DNA of 64,000 nt from Clostridia bacterium. Lineage in GTDB: Bacteria > Bacillota > Clostridia > Christensenellales > UBA1242. A program made the translations under genes and the position numbers. The notes below the pieces were generated by a model. It saw only the letters and a program-made list of their open reading frames with translations. It was not told the origin of the DNA and did no database searches. Of the stretch, positions 1-9,308 are shown piece by piece; positions within the stretch are counted from its first letter, which is position 1; each line of letters begins with the position of its first letter. The stretch spans positions 22,888-86,887 of the forward strand of contig JAZRSV010000027.1 of the NCBI GenBank assembly GCA_045651685.1. The letters run 5' to 3'.

Positions 1-120
1 CCATACTTTACCTTAAACCCTAATAAGTGTAGTGTATAAAACATATGTTCTATAAACTTATTATAAAACTATATAAGATATTTTGCAAGCAAAGTTGCAA
101 AAAAAGTTGTTAAAATTTGT

Positions 121-150
121 TTGACTGTAAATAATATTTGATGCTACAAT
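121..150 (+). promoter_or_regulatory. sigma-A-type promoter of the ctsR-clpC operon
   Basis: TTGACT (121-126), 18-nt spacer, extended -10 TGcTACAAT (142-150), about 45 nt upstream of the ctsR ATG. Confidence 0.6.
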
Positions 151-156
151 AATAAA

Positions 157-173
157 GGTCAAAGAAAGTCAAA
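157..173 (+). promoter_or_regulatory. CtsR operator (tandem heptad direct repeat)
   Basis: GGTCAAA-GAA-AGTCAAA matches the CtsR box consensus RGTCAAA-NAN-RGTCAAA exactly. It lies just downstream of the -10 element, the autoregulatory position. Confidence 0.85.
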
Positions 174-195
174 CTTTCAATGCCAAAAGGATATT

Positions 196-651
196 ATGCA
201 AAACATTAGTGATATTATAGAAGAATTTATACTATCTACTATGGGAGAGGACACCTCCCTTGATTTGTCACGCAACGAACTTGCCCAATTTTTTAATTGT
301 GCACCGAGTCAGATTAACTATGTATTGCAAACAAGGTTTAATCTTAACCGTGGTTTTGTAGTGCAGAGTCAAAGAGGTGGTGGTGGCTATATCAAAGTAT
401 ACAAGATAGTAGATTTTGACGATAGTTATATAAAACAAATAATTGATACAAAATTAGACAAACCAATTAGCTTCAAAGATGCTATGTTTATATTAGAAGA
501 CTTGCTTGATAAAGATTTTATTTCGACCGAGCAGGTCAATGTGATAGGTTATGCCATTAGTCCAAAAGCTTTGAGCATGCCTGTTAAGTTAGAAGATAAT
601 TTGAGAAGCACCATTTTGAAAAATATTTTGGTAAATATTATGAAGGTTTAG
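196..651 (+). CDS. ctsR: class III stress-gene repressor CtsR
   Basis: 151 aa; glycine-rich RGGGGYIKV motif typical of CtsR; directly precedes clpC; its own operator lies upstream. Confidence 0.9.
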   Translation: MQNISDIIEEFILSTMGEDTSLDLSRNELAQFFNCAPSQINYVLQTRFNLNRGFVVQSQRGGGGYIKVYKIVDFDDSYIKQIIDTKLDKPISFKDAMFILEDLLDKDFISTEQVNVIGYAISPKALSMPVKLEDNLRSTILKNILVNIMKV

Positions 652-668
652 TAAAAGGGGTTTTTGAT

Positions 669-3122
669 ATGAACGAAATTAAATATACCGAAAGTACTAA
701 CAAGATAATACAACACGCACAAGAAATTGCTGGCAAATTGGGCACAAACTTTATTGATAGCGAGCATGTTTTGTATGGTATGCTTTGTGTGCAAACAAGT
801 CTTGCATGCAAAATACTAAAAGAGAGCAATGTAAGCAAAGAAAGGTTGTATTCTTTGTTTTTGCAAAATATCAATGATTACTCTATGTATTCTAACAAAT
901 TTGAGTTGTCACCAGGTACAAAAAATATTTTGGTAAATGCTTTTGGCATGGCGAGCGAACTAAAGCACAACTTTGTTAGCGCAGAGCATGTTTTGCTTGC
1001 TATGTTGTGGGACGAAAAATGTTATGCAACACGCATATTGAGCGGATACTTTAGAGTAGATGTTGGAGCTTTGAGAAACAATCTAACAGACAAACTAGAA
1101 AATATCAACTTCGAAGATACCTCTTACGAAGATGTTGCCAATGGCTCGCAAGAAAAGAGCACTTTGCCAGAGAGCTTGCTAGAGATGGGTTATGATATAA
1201 CACTAAAGGCGCGCCAAGGCAAAATGGATCCAATCATAGGTAGAGACGAAGAGACCGAGAGAATTATAGAAATACTTTGCCGTAAGACCAAAAATAACCC
1301 AATACTTATTGGTGAAGCGGGTGTTGGTAAAACTGCAGTTGTTGAGGGCCTTGCCCAAGCAATAGCAAAAGACCGTGTACCACAAGTATTAAGGGGTAAA
1401 ACAATTTATTCGCTAGACGTTGGTTCGCTTATGGCTGGTACAAAATATCGTGGCGAATTAGAAAAACGACTAAAAGAAGCAATTGAGACAATTATAGAAA
1501 ATAAAAATATAATTGTGTTTATAGACGAGATACACACGCTAGCGCAAGCAGGTGGTGAAAAGGGTGATGTTAACCCTTCTGACATGTTAAAGCCATATCT
1601 TGCTAGAGGCGAGTTGCAAACAATTGGGGCAACAACTACTGAAGAGTACCGTAAGTTTATCGAAAAAGACAAAGCACTTGAGCGCCGTTTTCAACCGGTA
1701 ATTATCAATCCACCTTCGGTAGATGATACTATACAAATACTTCGTGGGCTAAAAGATAGCTACGAAGCTTTCCATAAAGTAAAAATAACAGATGAAGCGA
1801 TTGTTGCTGCTGCCAAGTTGTCTGATAGATATATTATGGATCGTAGTTTGCCAGACAAAGCAATTGACCTTATTGATGAGGCAAGTAGCAAAGCTCGTGT
1901 AAGTGGTAGCATAGTGCCTGCATCTTTGAGTGAAAAATACCACTTGTTTGAACAAGTACATCGCAACTATCAAGAAGCAGCTATTCAACACAACACCGAG
2001 AGACAAAACAAACTTAGTATAGAACTAACTAGACTAAATAAAGAAATAGAAGAAGAGAAAAAACAACACAACTTATCAAAACCGCAAAACGAACCTTCTA
2101 TCGGTGAAAACGAAATTGCACAAGTTATAGCAAAGTGGACAGGTATACCTGTGACCAAAATCACCGAAACAGAAAAAGAAAAGTTAATTAGACTAGAAGA
2201 AATTTTGCACAAGAGAGTTATTGGTCAAAACGAAGCTGTCACCGCTGTTAGCAAGGCGATAAGACGCTCTAGAGTGGGTCTTCATGATGGCAAGCGTCCA
2301 ATAGGTTCTTTCTTGTTCTTGGGCCAAACAGGTGTAGGTAAGACAGAATTATGCAAAGCTGTTGCCGAAGCTATGTTTGATGACGAAAACAATATTATTC
2401 GTATAGATATGAGTGAGTTTATGGAGAGTCACTCTGTAGCAAAATTGATTGGTGCGCCTCCAGGATATGTGGGACATGATGACGGCGGACAACTAACAGA
2501 ACAAGTAAGACGCAAGCCATATTCGGTTGTATTGTTTGATGAGATAGAAAAAGCACATCCAGATGTATTTAATATACTTTTGCAAGTGCTAGATGATGGT
2601 AGATTGACCGATAGTCAAGGCAGAACTGTTAACTTCAAAAACACCATCATTATTATGACAAGCAACTGCGGTATAAGTGAGCTTATGGTAAAATCATCAC
2701 TAGGCTTTGGTGGTACTATCAATCAAGAAGCGCCAGACTATGCACAAATGAAAGAAGTAGTTATGTCTGCTGTAAGACGCAAGTTTAAGCCAGAGTTTCT
2801 AAATCGTATAGATGTTATTACAGTATTCCATAGCTTGACCAAGGTAGAATTAGCGCAAATAGCCAAAATTATGTTGAGCAATCTTAACAAGCGCTTAAAA
2901 GACAAAGGTGTAGAATTAAGATTTAGCGATACTGCCTTAGAATATATAGTAAATAGAGGCACAAGCAGCGAATATGGTGCAAGACCTCTTAAGAGATTGA
3001 TACAACAAGAGATAGAAGATCCTTTGGCAGATGCTTTGCTTGCAGGTGAGTTAACTAATCCAATAATTTTGGTAGATAGTGATACTAAAGAAATATTTTT
3101 TGACAATCAAATAGACCAATAA
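669..3122 (+). CDS. clpC: ATP-dependent Clp protease ATP-binding subunit ClpC
   Basis: 817 aa; N-terminal Clp_N repeats; two AAA+ modules (Walker A GEAGVGKT and GQTGVGKT); conserved Clp/Hsp100 C-terminus; ctsR synteny. Confidence 0.95.
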   Translation: MNEIKYTESTNKIIQHAQEIAGKLGTNFIDSEHVLYGMLCVQTSLACKILKESNVSKERLYSLFLQNINDYSMYSNKFELSPGTKNILVNAFGMASELKHNFVSAEHVLLAMLWDEKCYATRILSGYFRVDVGALRNNLTDKLENINFEDTSYEDVANGSQEKSTLPESLLEMGYDITLKARQGKMDPIIGRDEETERIIEILCRKTKNNPILIGEAGVGKTAVVEGLAQAIAKDRVPQVLRGKTIYSLDVGSLMAGTKYRGELEKRLKEAIETIIENKNIIVFIDEIHTLAQAGGEKGDVNPSDMLKPYLARGELQTIGATTTEEYRKFIEKDKALERRFQPVIINPPSVDDTIQILRGLKDSYEAFHKVKITDEAIVAAAKLSDRYIMDRSLPDKAIDLIDEASSKARVSGSIVPASLSEKYHLFEQVHRNYQEAAIQHNTERQNKLSIELTRLNKEIEEEKKQHNLSKPQNEPSIGENEIAQVIAKWTGIPVTKITETEKEKLIRLEEILHKRVIGQNEAVTAVSKAIRRSRVGLHDGKRPIGSFLFLGQTGVGKTELCKAVAEAMFDDENNIIRIDMSEFMESHSVAKLIGAPPGYVGHDDGGQLTEQVRRKPYSVVLFDEIEKAHPDVFNILLQVLDDGRLTDSQGRTVNFKNTIIIMTSNCGISELMVKSSLGFGGTINQEAPDYAQMKEVVMSAVRRKFKPEFLNRIDVITVFHSLTKVELAQIAKIMLSNLNKRLKDKGVELRFSDTALEYIVNRGTSSEYGARPLKRLIQQEIEDPLADALLAGELTNPIILVDSDTKEIFFDNQIDQ

Positions 3123-3184
3123 TGTTTGCTTAAAAAACATGTTTTTGGTATAATAAAGTAAGTCCAAATAGGGAGGGATATATT

Positions 3185-3715
3185 ATGAAGATAGAAATTA
3201 CTGCAAAAAATTATGAAGTTAGTCAAAAATTAAGAGACATCATCGAAAAGAAAGTTCAACGACTAGACAAATACTTTAATGATGATGCCACAGCAAAGAT
3301 TCTTTGCAAGCAAGAAAACAATATCTTTAAGCTAGAACTTAATGTAAGATCAAAAGGTTTGTTTTATAGAGCAGAGGTTGCTGGCGAAAACATGTATGAA
3401 AATATTGACTTAGCCCTACCAAAAGTAGAAAGACAAATTGTAAAATACTCTGAAAAGTTTAGAGACAAATTTAGAAAAGGTACAGACTTTGCAACAGACT
3501 TTGTTTATATCGAAAAAGCTCCAGAGCCAAAAGACAAATCAGTTGTAAAAAAGAAAACTTACGAGCTAGAACCTATCGGCGTAGAAGATGCGATGATGTT
3601 CTTAGAGACTTTGGACAACAACTTTTATGTTTTCTTAAATAGAGAAACTAACAAAGTTAATGTTATCTACAGAAGATTAGATGGCAACTTTGGTTTGATC
3701 GAAACAATTTATTAA
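3185..3715 (+). CDS. hpf: ribosome hibernation promoting factor, long form
   Basis: 176 aa; N-terminal YfiA/HPF domain (MKIEITAKNYEVS...LRDIIEKKV..LDKYF) plus C-terminal dimerisation domain; RBS GGGAGGGA upstream. Confidence 0.9.
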   Translation: MKIEITAKNYEVSQKLRDIIEKKVQRLDKYFNDDATAKILCKQENNIFKLELNVRSKGLFYRAEVAGENMYENIDLALPKVERQIVKYSEKFRDKFRKGTDFATDFVYIEKAPEPKDKSVVKKKTYELEPIGVEDAMMFLETLDNNFYVFLNRETNKVNVIYRRLDGNFGLIETIY

Positions 3716-3723
3716 TAAAAACA

Positions 3724-3752
3724 AAAAGACCTAACTTATTTAGGTCTTTTTT
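3724..3752 (+). terminator. rho-independent terminator after hpf
   Basis: stem AAAAGACCTA / TAGGTCTTTT with 7-nt loop, followed by a T-run. Confidence 0.85.
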
Positions 3753-3765
3753 ATTTTGTTTGTAC

Positions 3766-3795
3766 AAAAAAAGATAGGCTTGTTTTGCCTATCTT
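3766..3795 (-). terminator. rho-independent terminator of the minus-strand alpha-oxoamine synthase gene
   Basis: stem AAGATAGGC / GCCTATCTT; the A-run on the plus strand is a U-run on the minus strand. Confidence 0.8.
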
Positions 3796-3805
3796 TTATT
3801 ATTTA

Positions 3806-4993
3806 TTATTTTTTTAATAAACCATGGTTTGCCATAACTTTTGCAATGATGTCTGCTGCACGGTCAATTTGTTCTTCGGTTAGAGTTGCCATGTAGCTAG
3901 TTCTAATCATAGCTTCGCCAGCAGGAGCAGCTGGGGTAATAACTGGGTTTACATATACGCCATTGTTAAATAGCTCGTTGCAGATAACAAATGTCAAGTT
4001 GTCATCATATGTCATGATAGGTATGATTGGAGCTACGCTATCACGAATAACGATGCCTTTTTCGGTAAACTTTTTACGAGCATAGTTTGCAATATCAAGA
4101 ACTCTTTGTGGTCTTTGTGGCTCTTTTCTGATTATAGATAGAGCAGCTTGTGCGCAAGCAACATTTGCTGGTGGCAAGCTAGCGCTAAAGATAAATGGTC
4201 TTGAGTTGTGTTGTACATAGTGGCAAACTTCTGCACTAGCAGCCATAAATCCACCAAGTGAAGCAAGGCTCTTTGAAAAAGTGCTCATGATGATATCTAC
4301 TTCGTCTTCTAGACCAAAGTGAGATGCTGTACCACGACCGCCTTCGCCAAATACGCCAAAACCATGTGCGTCATCAACCATAATTCTAGCGCCATATTTT
4401 TTTGCTAGGCGTACGATTTCTGGTAGATTGCAAAGGTCACCACCCATGCTAAATACACCGTCAGTGACAATTAAGATACCTTTGTCAGAAGGCACAGACT
4501 TAAGTTGTCTTTCTAGGTCTTCCATGTCGTTGTGGTTGTATCTTAATAGTTTTGCAAAGCTCAATCTGCAAGCATCATAGATACTAGCGTGGTTGTCTTT
4601 GTCGCCGATGATATAGTCGTTTCTGCCAGCTATTGCGCTAATAATAGCAAGGTTTGATTGAAAACCAGTAGAGAAAGTCAAAGCTGCTTCTTTATGTACA
4701 AAATCTGCAATATCTTGTTCTAGAGTTAAGTGTTGTTTTAGGGTGCCGTTTAAGAATCTAGAACCAGAGCAGCCAGAACCATATTGCTCTAAAGCTTTGA
4801 TACCAGCATCAATAACTTCATCGTGGATAGTTAGGCCTAGATAGTTGTTAGAACCTAACATAATAAGGCTTTGGCCTTCCATAACTACTTCAGTGTCTTG
4901 ACGAGTATCAAGTGCATGAAAATATGGATATATACCAGCAGCCATTGCGTCTTTGGCCACGGTGTAGTTTTTACATTTTTCAAATAAATCCAT
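3806..4993 (-). CDS. PLP-dependent alpha-oxoamine synthase family enzyme (SPT/BioF/Kbl-like)
   Basis: 395 aa; motifs GSNNYLGL, GSGCSGSRFLNGT, DDAHGFG and STFSKS (PLP lysine). No bio or tdh partner genes are adjacent. Confidence 0.85.
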   Translation of the reverse strand: MDLFEKCKNYTVAKDAMAAGIYPYFHALDTRQDTEVVMEGQSLIMLGSNNYLGLTIHDEVIDAGIKALEQYGSGCSGSRFLNGTLKQHLTLEQDIADFVHKEAALTFSTGFQSNLAIISAIAGRNDYIIGDKDNHASIYDACRLSFAKLLRYNHNDMEDLERQLKSVPSDKGILIVTDGVFSMGGDLCNLPEIVRLAKKYGARIMVDDAHGFGVFGEGGRGTASHFGLEDEVDIIMSTFSKSLASLGGFMAASAEVCHYVQHNSRPFIFSASLPPANVACAQAALSIIRKEPQRPQRVLDIANYARKKFTEKGIVIRDSVAPIIPIMTYDDNLTFVICNELFNNGVYVNPVITPAAPAGEAMIRTSYMATLTEEQIDRAADIIAKVMANHGLLKK

Positions 4994-5179
4994 TATAAAA
5001 TTCTCCTAGTAAATAACAAATTTGTTAAGACTATTTTTAATATATCAAAAAACAAATTTTTTGTCATTTATTTATAAAGTATTTTTAATATTTTTTATGA
5101 AAATGTTATATATTATTTTGAAAAAAAACTTTTTTGTTGTATTATTTAATTGTAGTAAAACAAACAGTAGAGGTGTTGT

Positions 5180-5824
5180 ATGATAACTTTTAGTGATGTT
5201 GTATTAAAATATACTAGAGAGTTTTGTGCTCTAAACAAAGTATCTTTTGAAGTAGCGCCAAACGAAATAGTTGCACTATATGGCAATAAAGACAGTGGCA
5301 AGTCATGTATATTAAGACTTATCGCAGGTCTAGAAAAACCTACTAGTGGCGAAGTTTATATAAAAAATACAGAAGTTGCAAAAGTTAACTTTCAAACAGA
5401 TGTTAGCCTTGGTTATATACCATATAAGGGTAGCTTTTTTGAAGACAAAACTGTTTATGAAAACTTAAAGTATATATTAAAAATTAGAGGTGTTAGCGAG
5501 GCAGAACAAGAAAGCTTGGTTAACAAATCTCTTATTGACTTTAAGCTAGAGATGATCAAAGACGAAAAAGTAAAAAACTTGTCTTTGCTAGACAAGTATA
5601 TTTTGTCAATTGTCAGACTTACTTATCGTAAGCTAGACATATTGCTTATTGATAATATTTTTGAAGAATTAGACGAGCAAGCGACCAAAAAAATTATTTC
5701 GCTAATCAAAAAATATTTTGTAAAAGCTCAAACAACAATTATTTATGCTACTAGTGATGCAGAGCTTGCCAAGGCAATATCTACGAGAATTATCAATGTA
5801 GAACTTGGCCAAATTGTTGACTAA
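5180..5824 (+). CDS. ABC-type ATPase domain protein with degenerate motifs, no adjacent permease
   Basis: 214 aa; Walker A GNKDSGKS. The signature position reads LSLLD instead of LSGGQ. Walker B reads LLIDN..EELD instead of hhhhDE. Confidence 0.7.
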   Translation: MITFSDVVLKYTREFCALNKVSFEVAPNEIVALYGNKDSGKSCILRLIAGLEKPTSGEVYIKNTEVAKVNFQTDVSLGYIPYKGSFFEDKTVYENLKYILKIRGVSEAEQESLVNKSLIDFKLEMIKDEKVKNLSLLDKYILSIVRLTYRKLDILLIDNIFEELDEQATKKIISLIKKYFVKAQTTIIYATSDAELAKAISTRIINVELGQIVD

Positions 5825-6189
5825 AAGTTATAATCTTCGACTTTCTTAAACTCATCATATTTTGGTGAGTTTTTTTGTTGTTTTGGTTTAGGTTTGTTTA
5901 GGTTGCCTAGTAGTGATAGTATGTTTGCGTTGCCACCGGCAAGATTTTTTATAAGATTGCCTGCATCTAGTCCGCCGCCTAACATCTTTGGCAACATATT
6001 GCCAAGCATCGACATGATGTTGTTTTGATTTGGCATAATGTTGGGTTGATTGGTTGTTTGGATAGAAGCTTTTGGCGAGTCGATAAAACTTGTTGGGTAG
6101 CAGTTTAATATTTCTTGTGGTATGTTAGGCTGTTGTGGCTGACTTGCGGTGGGGTTAAATAAGTTTGATAATAGTTGTGATATATCCAT
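5821..6189 (-). CDS. hypothetical Gln/Asn/Gly-rich protein
   Basis: ORF track 5821-6225; start trimmed to the ATG at 6189, preceded by GGAGAAAC; low-complexity Q/N/P then GG/N/L-rich segments; no recognised domain. Confidence 0.45.
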   Translation of the reverse strand: MDISQLLSNLFNPTASQPQQPNIPQEILNCYPTSFIDSPKASIQTTNQPNIMPNQNNIMSMLGNMLPKMLGGGLDAGNLIKNLAGGNANILSLLGNLNKPKPKQQKNSPKYDEFKKVEDYNF

Positions 6190-6284
6190 AGTTTCTCCGA
6201 TAAAATAATATATGAGTATATACAAAAAATGTTTAATAAAACCAAAACAAAATTTGTAGCATATATTATTTTGAGGAGATTATT

Positions 6285-6605
6285 ATGGTAAAAAACTTAT
6301 TTGATTATGCAGATACCCCTATAGAGGAGATAAATAGCTCTACATATAAGCGAAAAGAAAAATACGAACAAATATCTGACAAGACAACTATCGACCAAAT
6401 AGACCTAAAACAAGCCTACAACAAATACAAAGATATGCCACAAGATGCTCTTGTAGAAGAGTTTTTGAAGGTGGCAAAAAATCAAAGATTGTCTGGTGCA
6501 CTTAATAACGAAAAGATTGCTAAGATGTATAACACATTAAGCCCATATCTTAACGCAGATCAAAAAGAAATGTTTAATACCTTAATGAATAAATTGGATG
6601 AATAA
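6285..6605 (+). CDS. hypothetical protein
   Basis: 106 aa; RBS GAGGAG upstream; overlaps the next gene by 8 nt (ATGAATAA), suggesting translational coupling to the S8 protease. Confidence 0.5.
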   Translation: MVKNLFDYADTPIEEINSSTYKRKEKYEQISDKTTIDQIDLKQAYNKYKDMPQDALVEEFLKVAKNQRLSGALNNEKIAKMYNTLSPYLNADQKEMFNTLMNKLDE

Positions 6606-7758
6606 TATATATGACAAGATAGATAGCAGCTTAATACAGGCAGTGACAACTCAAAGCGTCGATTGTGTACATAATTGCATTGTGTATTCTAATGATTATT
6701 TTAATTTAAAAAACCATCTTCTGCCTAAAGTAGTCAAAGATGAGATTATATACGAATATCCATTTATAGGGGCAATAGGTGTAGCTCTAAACCAGTCTCA
6801 AATAATAAAATTAGCCAAAGTTAATTATGTTAGTTATATATCTAGGCAAAGCAAGGTGTTTGCTCAAATAGATGTCTCAAAAAAGATAATGAAGATAGAT
6901 AACTTTTATAATAGGGGTATATATGGCAAAAACTGTACTATGGCTATTATAGATACAGGTATATCACCACATATAGATTTTTTGATACCTAATAAGCGTA
7001 TTGTTAAGTTTGTAGACTTGATAGGTAATAAAAATAATCCATACGATGACAACGGGCATGGTACATTTGTAGCTAGTGTTGCTTGTGGCAATGGTATAAC
7101 TAGCTGTGGCAAATATAGTGGCATTGCGCCAAAGAGTAATATTATAGCGATAAAAGCTCTAGAAAAGTCTGGCGAGACAGGTGCATACAAAATACTCGAG
7201 GCGATGCAATGGATATATGACAATCGCAAAAAATATAATATAAAAGTAGTGTGCATGAGCTTTGGTAGCAATCCGATAGAACGAAATGATCCTTTGATGA
7301 TAGGTGCAGAAAGTTTGTGGCAGGCGGGGATTGTTGTAGTAGCTGCTGCTGGCAATAGTGGACCAAAAATGTCAACTATCAAGTCGCCAGGTATAAGCAA
7401 TAAAATCATAACCGTAGGTGGTCTAGACGATTGTAGAGATAGAGGGCTGGATGAAAAGTATTATAAGGTATGTGACTTTTCTTCTAGAGGGCCTGCTGGG
7501 TATTTTTATAAACCTGATCTTATAGCTCCCGCAATTAATATAGTAGGTGCAGATAATGGCGGCGGATATACCAAAATGAGTGGTACATCGGTAGCTACGC
7601 CAATGGTGGCGGGGGTGTGCTGCCTTATGCTTGACAAATACCCTAATATGACACCAGACCAGCTAAAGATAAGGCTTGTAAAAAACTGCAAGCAAATAGT
7701 TTATAACCAAAATGCAGAAGGTTATGGCTTGTTGCAGTTGGATAATTTGTTTAATTAA
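6598..7758 (+). CDS. subtilisin-like serine protease (peptidase S8), no obvious signal peptide
   Basis: 386 aa; catalytic triad motifs AIIDTGI (Asp), HGTFVAS (His), SGTSVATPMVAG (Ser); N-terminal ~100 aa looks like a propeptide. Confidence 0.9.
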   Translation: MNNIYDKIDSSLIQAVTTQSVDCVHNCIVYSNDYFNLKNHLLPKVVKDEIIYEYPFIGAIGVALNQSQIIKLAKVNYVSYISRQSKVFAQIDVSKKIMKIDNFYNRGIYGKNCTMAIIDTGISPHIDFLIPNKRIVKFVDLIGNKNNPYDDNGHGTFVASVACGNGITSCGKYSGIAPKSNIIAIKALEKSGETGAYKILEAMQWIYDNRKKYNIKVVCMSFGSNPIERNDPLMIGAESLWQAGIVVVAAAGNSGPKMSTIKSPGISNKIITVGGLDDCRDRGLDEKYYKVCDFSSRGPAGYFYKPDLIAPAINIVGADNGGGYTKMSGTSVATPMVAGVCCLMLDKYPNMTPDQLKIRLVKNCKQIVYNQNAEGYGLLQLDNLFN

Positions 7759-7787
7759 AAAAGCCCCATTATTTGGGGATTTTTTTA
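7758..7787. terminator. hairpin terminator between convergent genes
   Basis: AAAAAGCCCCA-TTATT-TGGGGATTTTTTT; short GC core flanked by an A-run and a T-run. Confidence 0.55.
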
Positions 7788-8909
7788 TAGCGACTGCAAA
7801 ATTTTTAGCAACTTGTTTAGTTGCCTTTTTGTGTTGTAATGGTTAAGGCTCACTCGTACAGCTCCGCGCTGCATAGTACCAAGAAATTTGTGTGTTAGTG
7901 GTGCGCAATGGAGACCGCCTCTTACAGCAATGTTGTATTTTTCGTCAAGTAGCGAGCTTATCTCGACCGAATCATAACCATTTATATTAAAACAAACAAC
8001 ACCATACTTGCTATTTTGGTTGGTATATAGGGTTATATTGTTTTGTTTGGTTAGGTTGGATATAAGATAGTGTGTTAGTTCTTTTACTTTTTTTGTATTA
8101 TGGTCAAAGTGCTTGGCAACATAGCTAACGCCTTTGCCAAGGCCGACAATTAGTGGGGTAGCAAGTGTGCCACTTTCTAATCGTTCTGGCAACTCTTGTG
8201 GTTGGTATAACTCACTCGAGTTTGTACCCGTGCCACCGTGTTTGAGTGGTTGTGGTATTGTATCGCAATTAATACATAACCCACCAATACTTAATGGGGC
8301 AAATAAGCCTTTGTGTCCGGCAAAAGCTAACATGTCAATATGGTCTTGTTGCATATCTATGTCGACATGTCCACAGCTTTGTGCAGCATCTACCAAAAAC
8401 AGAATATTGTGTCTGTTGCAAAAGGCGCCAATGTTTTTTATATCGTTGATATTTCCTGTCACATTAGATATGTGAGTTAGACACACGAGATACGTTTTGT
8501 CATTGCAGGCAGAAGATATATCTGTGACATCTATATAATTGTGGTTTTTTGGATAAACTATTGTTAGCGATATTTTGCCTTGACTTTCGAGATATTTTAA
8601 TGGTCTTAATGCGGAGTTGTGTTCGAAACAACTAGTGACTACATGTCCGCCGTCTTTTACTGTGCCCAAGATGGCAGTGTTTAGCGCTTCGGTGCAGTTG
8701 CTTGTAAATATAACCCCATTGTCATGCTGGCAGTTAAAAAAGTTTTTTATCTTGAGCCTTGCTCTTAATATCTGTTTTGCGGCCTTTAGGCTGGCTTTGT
8801 GACCACTTCTGCCTGGGTTGGCGCAATAATGTGTCATAGCTCTAACTACCGCATATTTAACCGATATAGGCTTGTTGTAGCTGGTTGCTGCGTTGTCAAA
8901 ATATATCAT
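7785..8909 (-). CDS. class V aminotransferase / cysteine desulfurase family protein
   Basis: ORF track 7785-8999; start trimmed to MIYFDNAATS (ATG at 8909), the canonical N-terminus of this family; PLP region FAGHKGL; active-site region RGGLHCAP. Confidence 0.85.
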   Translation of the reverse strand: MIYFDNAATSYNKPISVKYAVVRAMTHYCANPGRSGHKASLKAAKQILRARLKIKNFFNCQHDNGVIFTSNCTEALNTAILGTVKDGGHVVTSCFEHNSALRPLKYLESQGKISLTIVYPKNHNYIDVTDISSACNDKTYLVCLTHISNVTGNINDIKNIGAFCNRHNILFLVDAAQSCGHVDIDMQQDHIDMLAFAGHKGLFAPLSIGGLCINCDTIPQPLKHGGTGTNSSELYQPQELPERLESGTLATPLIVGLGKGVSYVAKHFDHNTKKVKELTHYLISNLTKQNNITLYTNQNSKYGVVCFNINGYDSVEISSLLDEKYNIAVRGGLHCAPLTHKFLGTMQRGAVRVSLNHYNTKRQLNKLLKILQSL

Positions 8910-9021
8910 AAAAACTCCATTCACTAAATAATTTTTAAGCTCGTATAATGTAATATAAACAAAGCTTTTGTTTAGTTTATAAATATTGCTAGTCGGCAAA
9001 AAATATGAATAGGATTAACAA

Positions 9022-9279
9022 ATGAAATATATAATTGCAGCTTTTAGATCAAGAAATCATACAATGTTGTTTAATGAAATTTTGCACTCTTATGGTATAA
9101 AGAGTAAGGTAATAAACACCCCTCGTATGGCAACAGTATCATGTGGTTTGTCTGTGCGTTTTGAGTATGTTGATTTTGACAAGGTAAAAACTATTATTGC
9201 AAGACGCAATTTTAACGGTTTTGCAGGTTTTTTTGGTGTTTATGAGATAGGTAATAACAAAATAGTCACAGCTATATAA
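9022..9279 (+). CDS. DUF3343-like small protein (putative Se/S carrier-like)
   Basis: 85 aa. The pattern AFRS..H....E..L...GI......TPR.....CG..VRF matches my recollection of DUF3343. It is divergent from the cysteine desulfurase-family gene. Confidence 0.6.
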   Translation: MKYIIAAFRSRNHTMLFNEILHSYGIKSKVINTPRMATVSCGLSVRFEYVDFDKVKTIIARRNFNGFAGFFGVYEIGNNKIVTAI

Positions 9280-9308
9280 ATATTATTAATAAATTTTATT
9301 ATAACTTA

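Noticed and set aside
196-3122. ctsR directly fused to clpC without mcsA/mcsB as an anomaly
   Set aside because: The two-gene ctsR-clpC arrangement is common in many Firmicutes outside Bacillus. The operator and promoter are textbook, so this is not novel.
6906-7409. Long antisense ORFs in the track, for example 6906-7409, 15701-16162, 17283-17738, 26649-27176, 28110-28487, 48149-48589, 49479-50000 and 63120-63482
   Set aside because: Each lies entirely inside, and antisense to, a gene with clear conserved motifs (S8 protease, hydrolase, murF, parC, rnj, lepA and others). They have no RBS and biased hydrophobic or Ser/Leu-rich composition. These are shadow ORFs.
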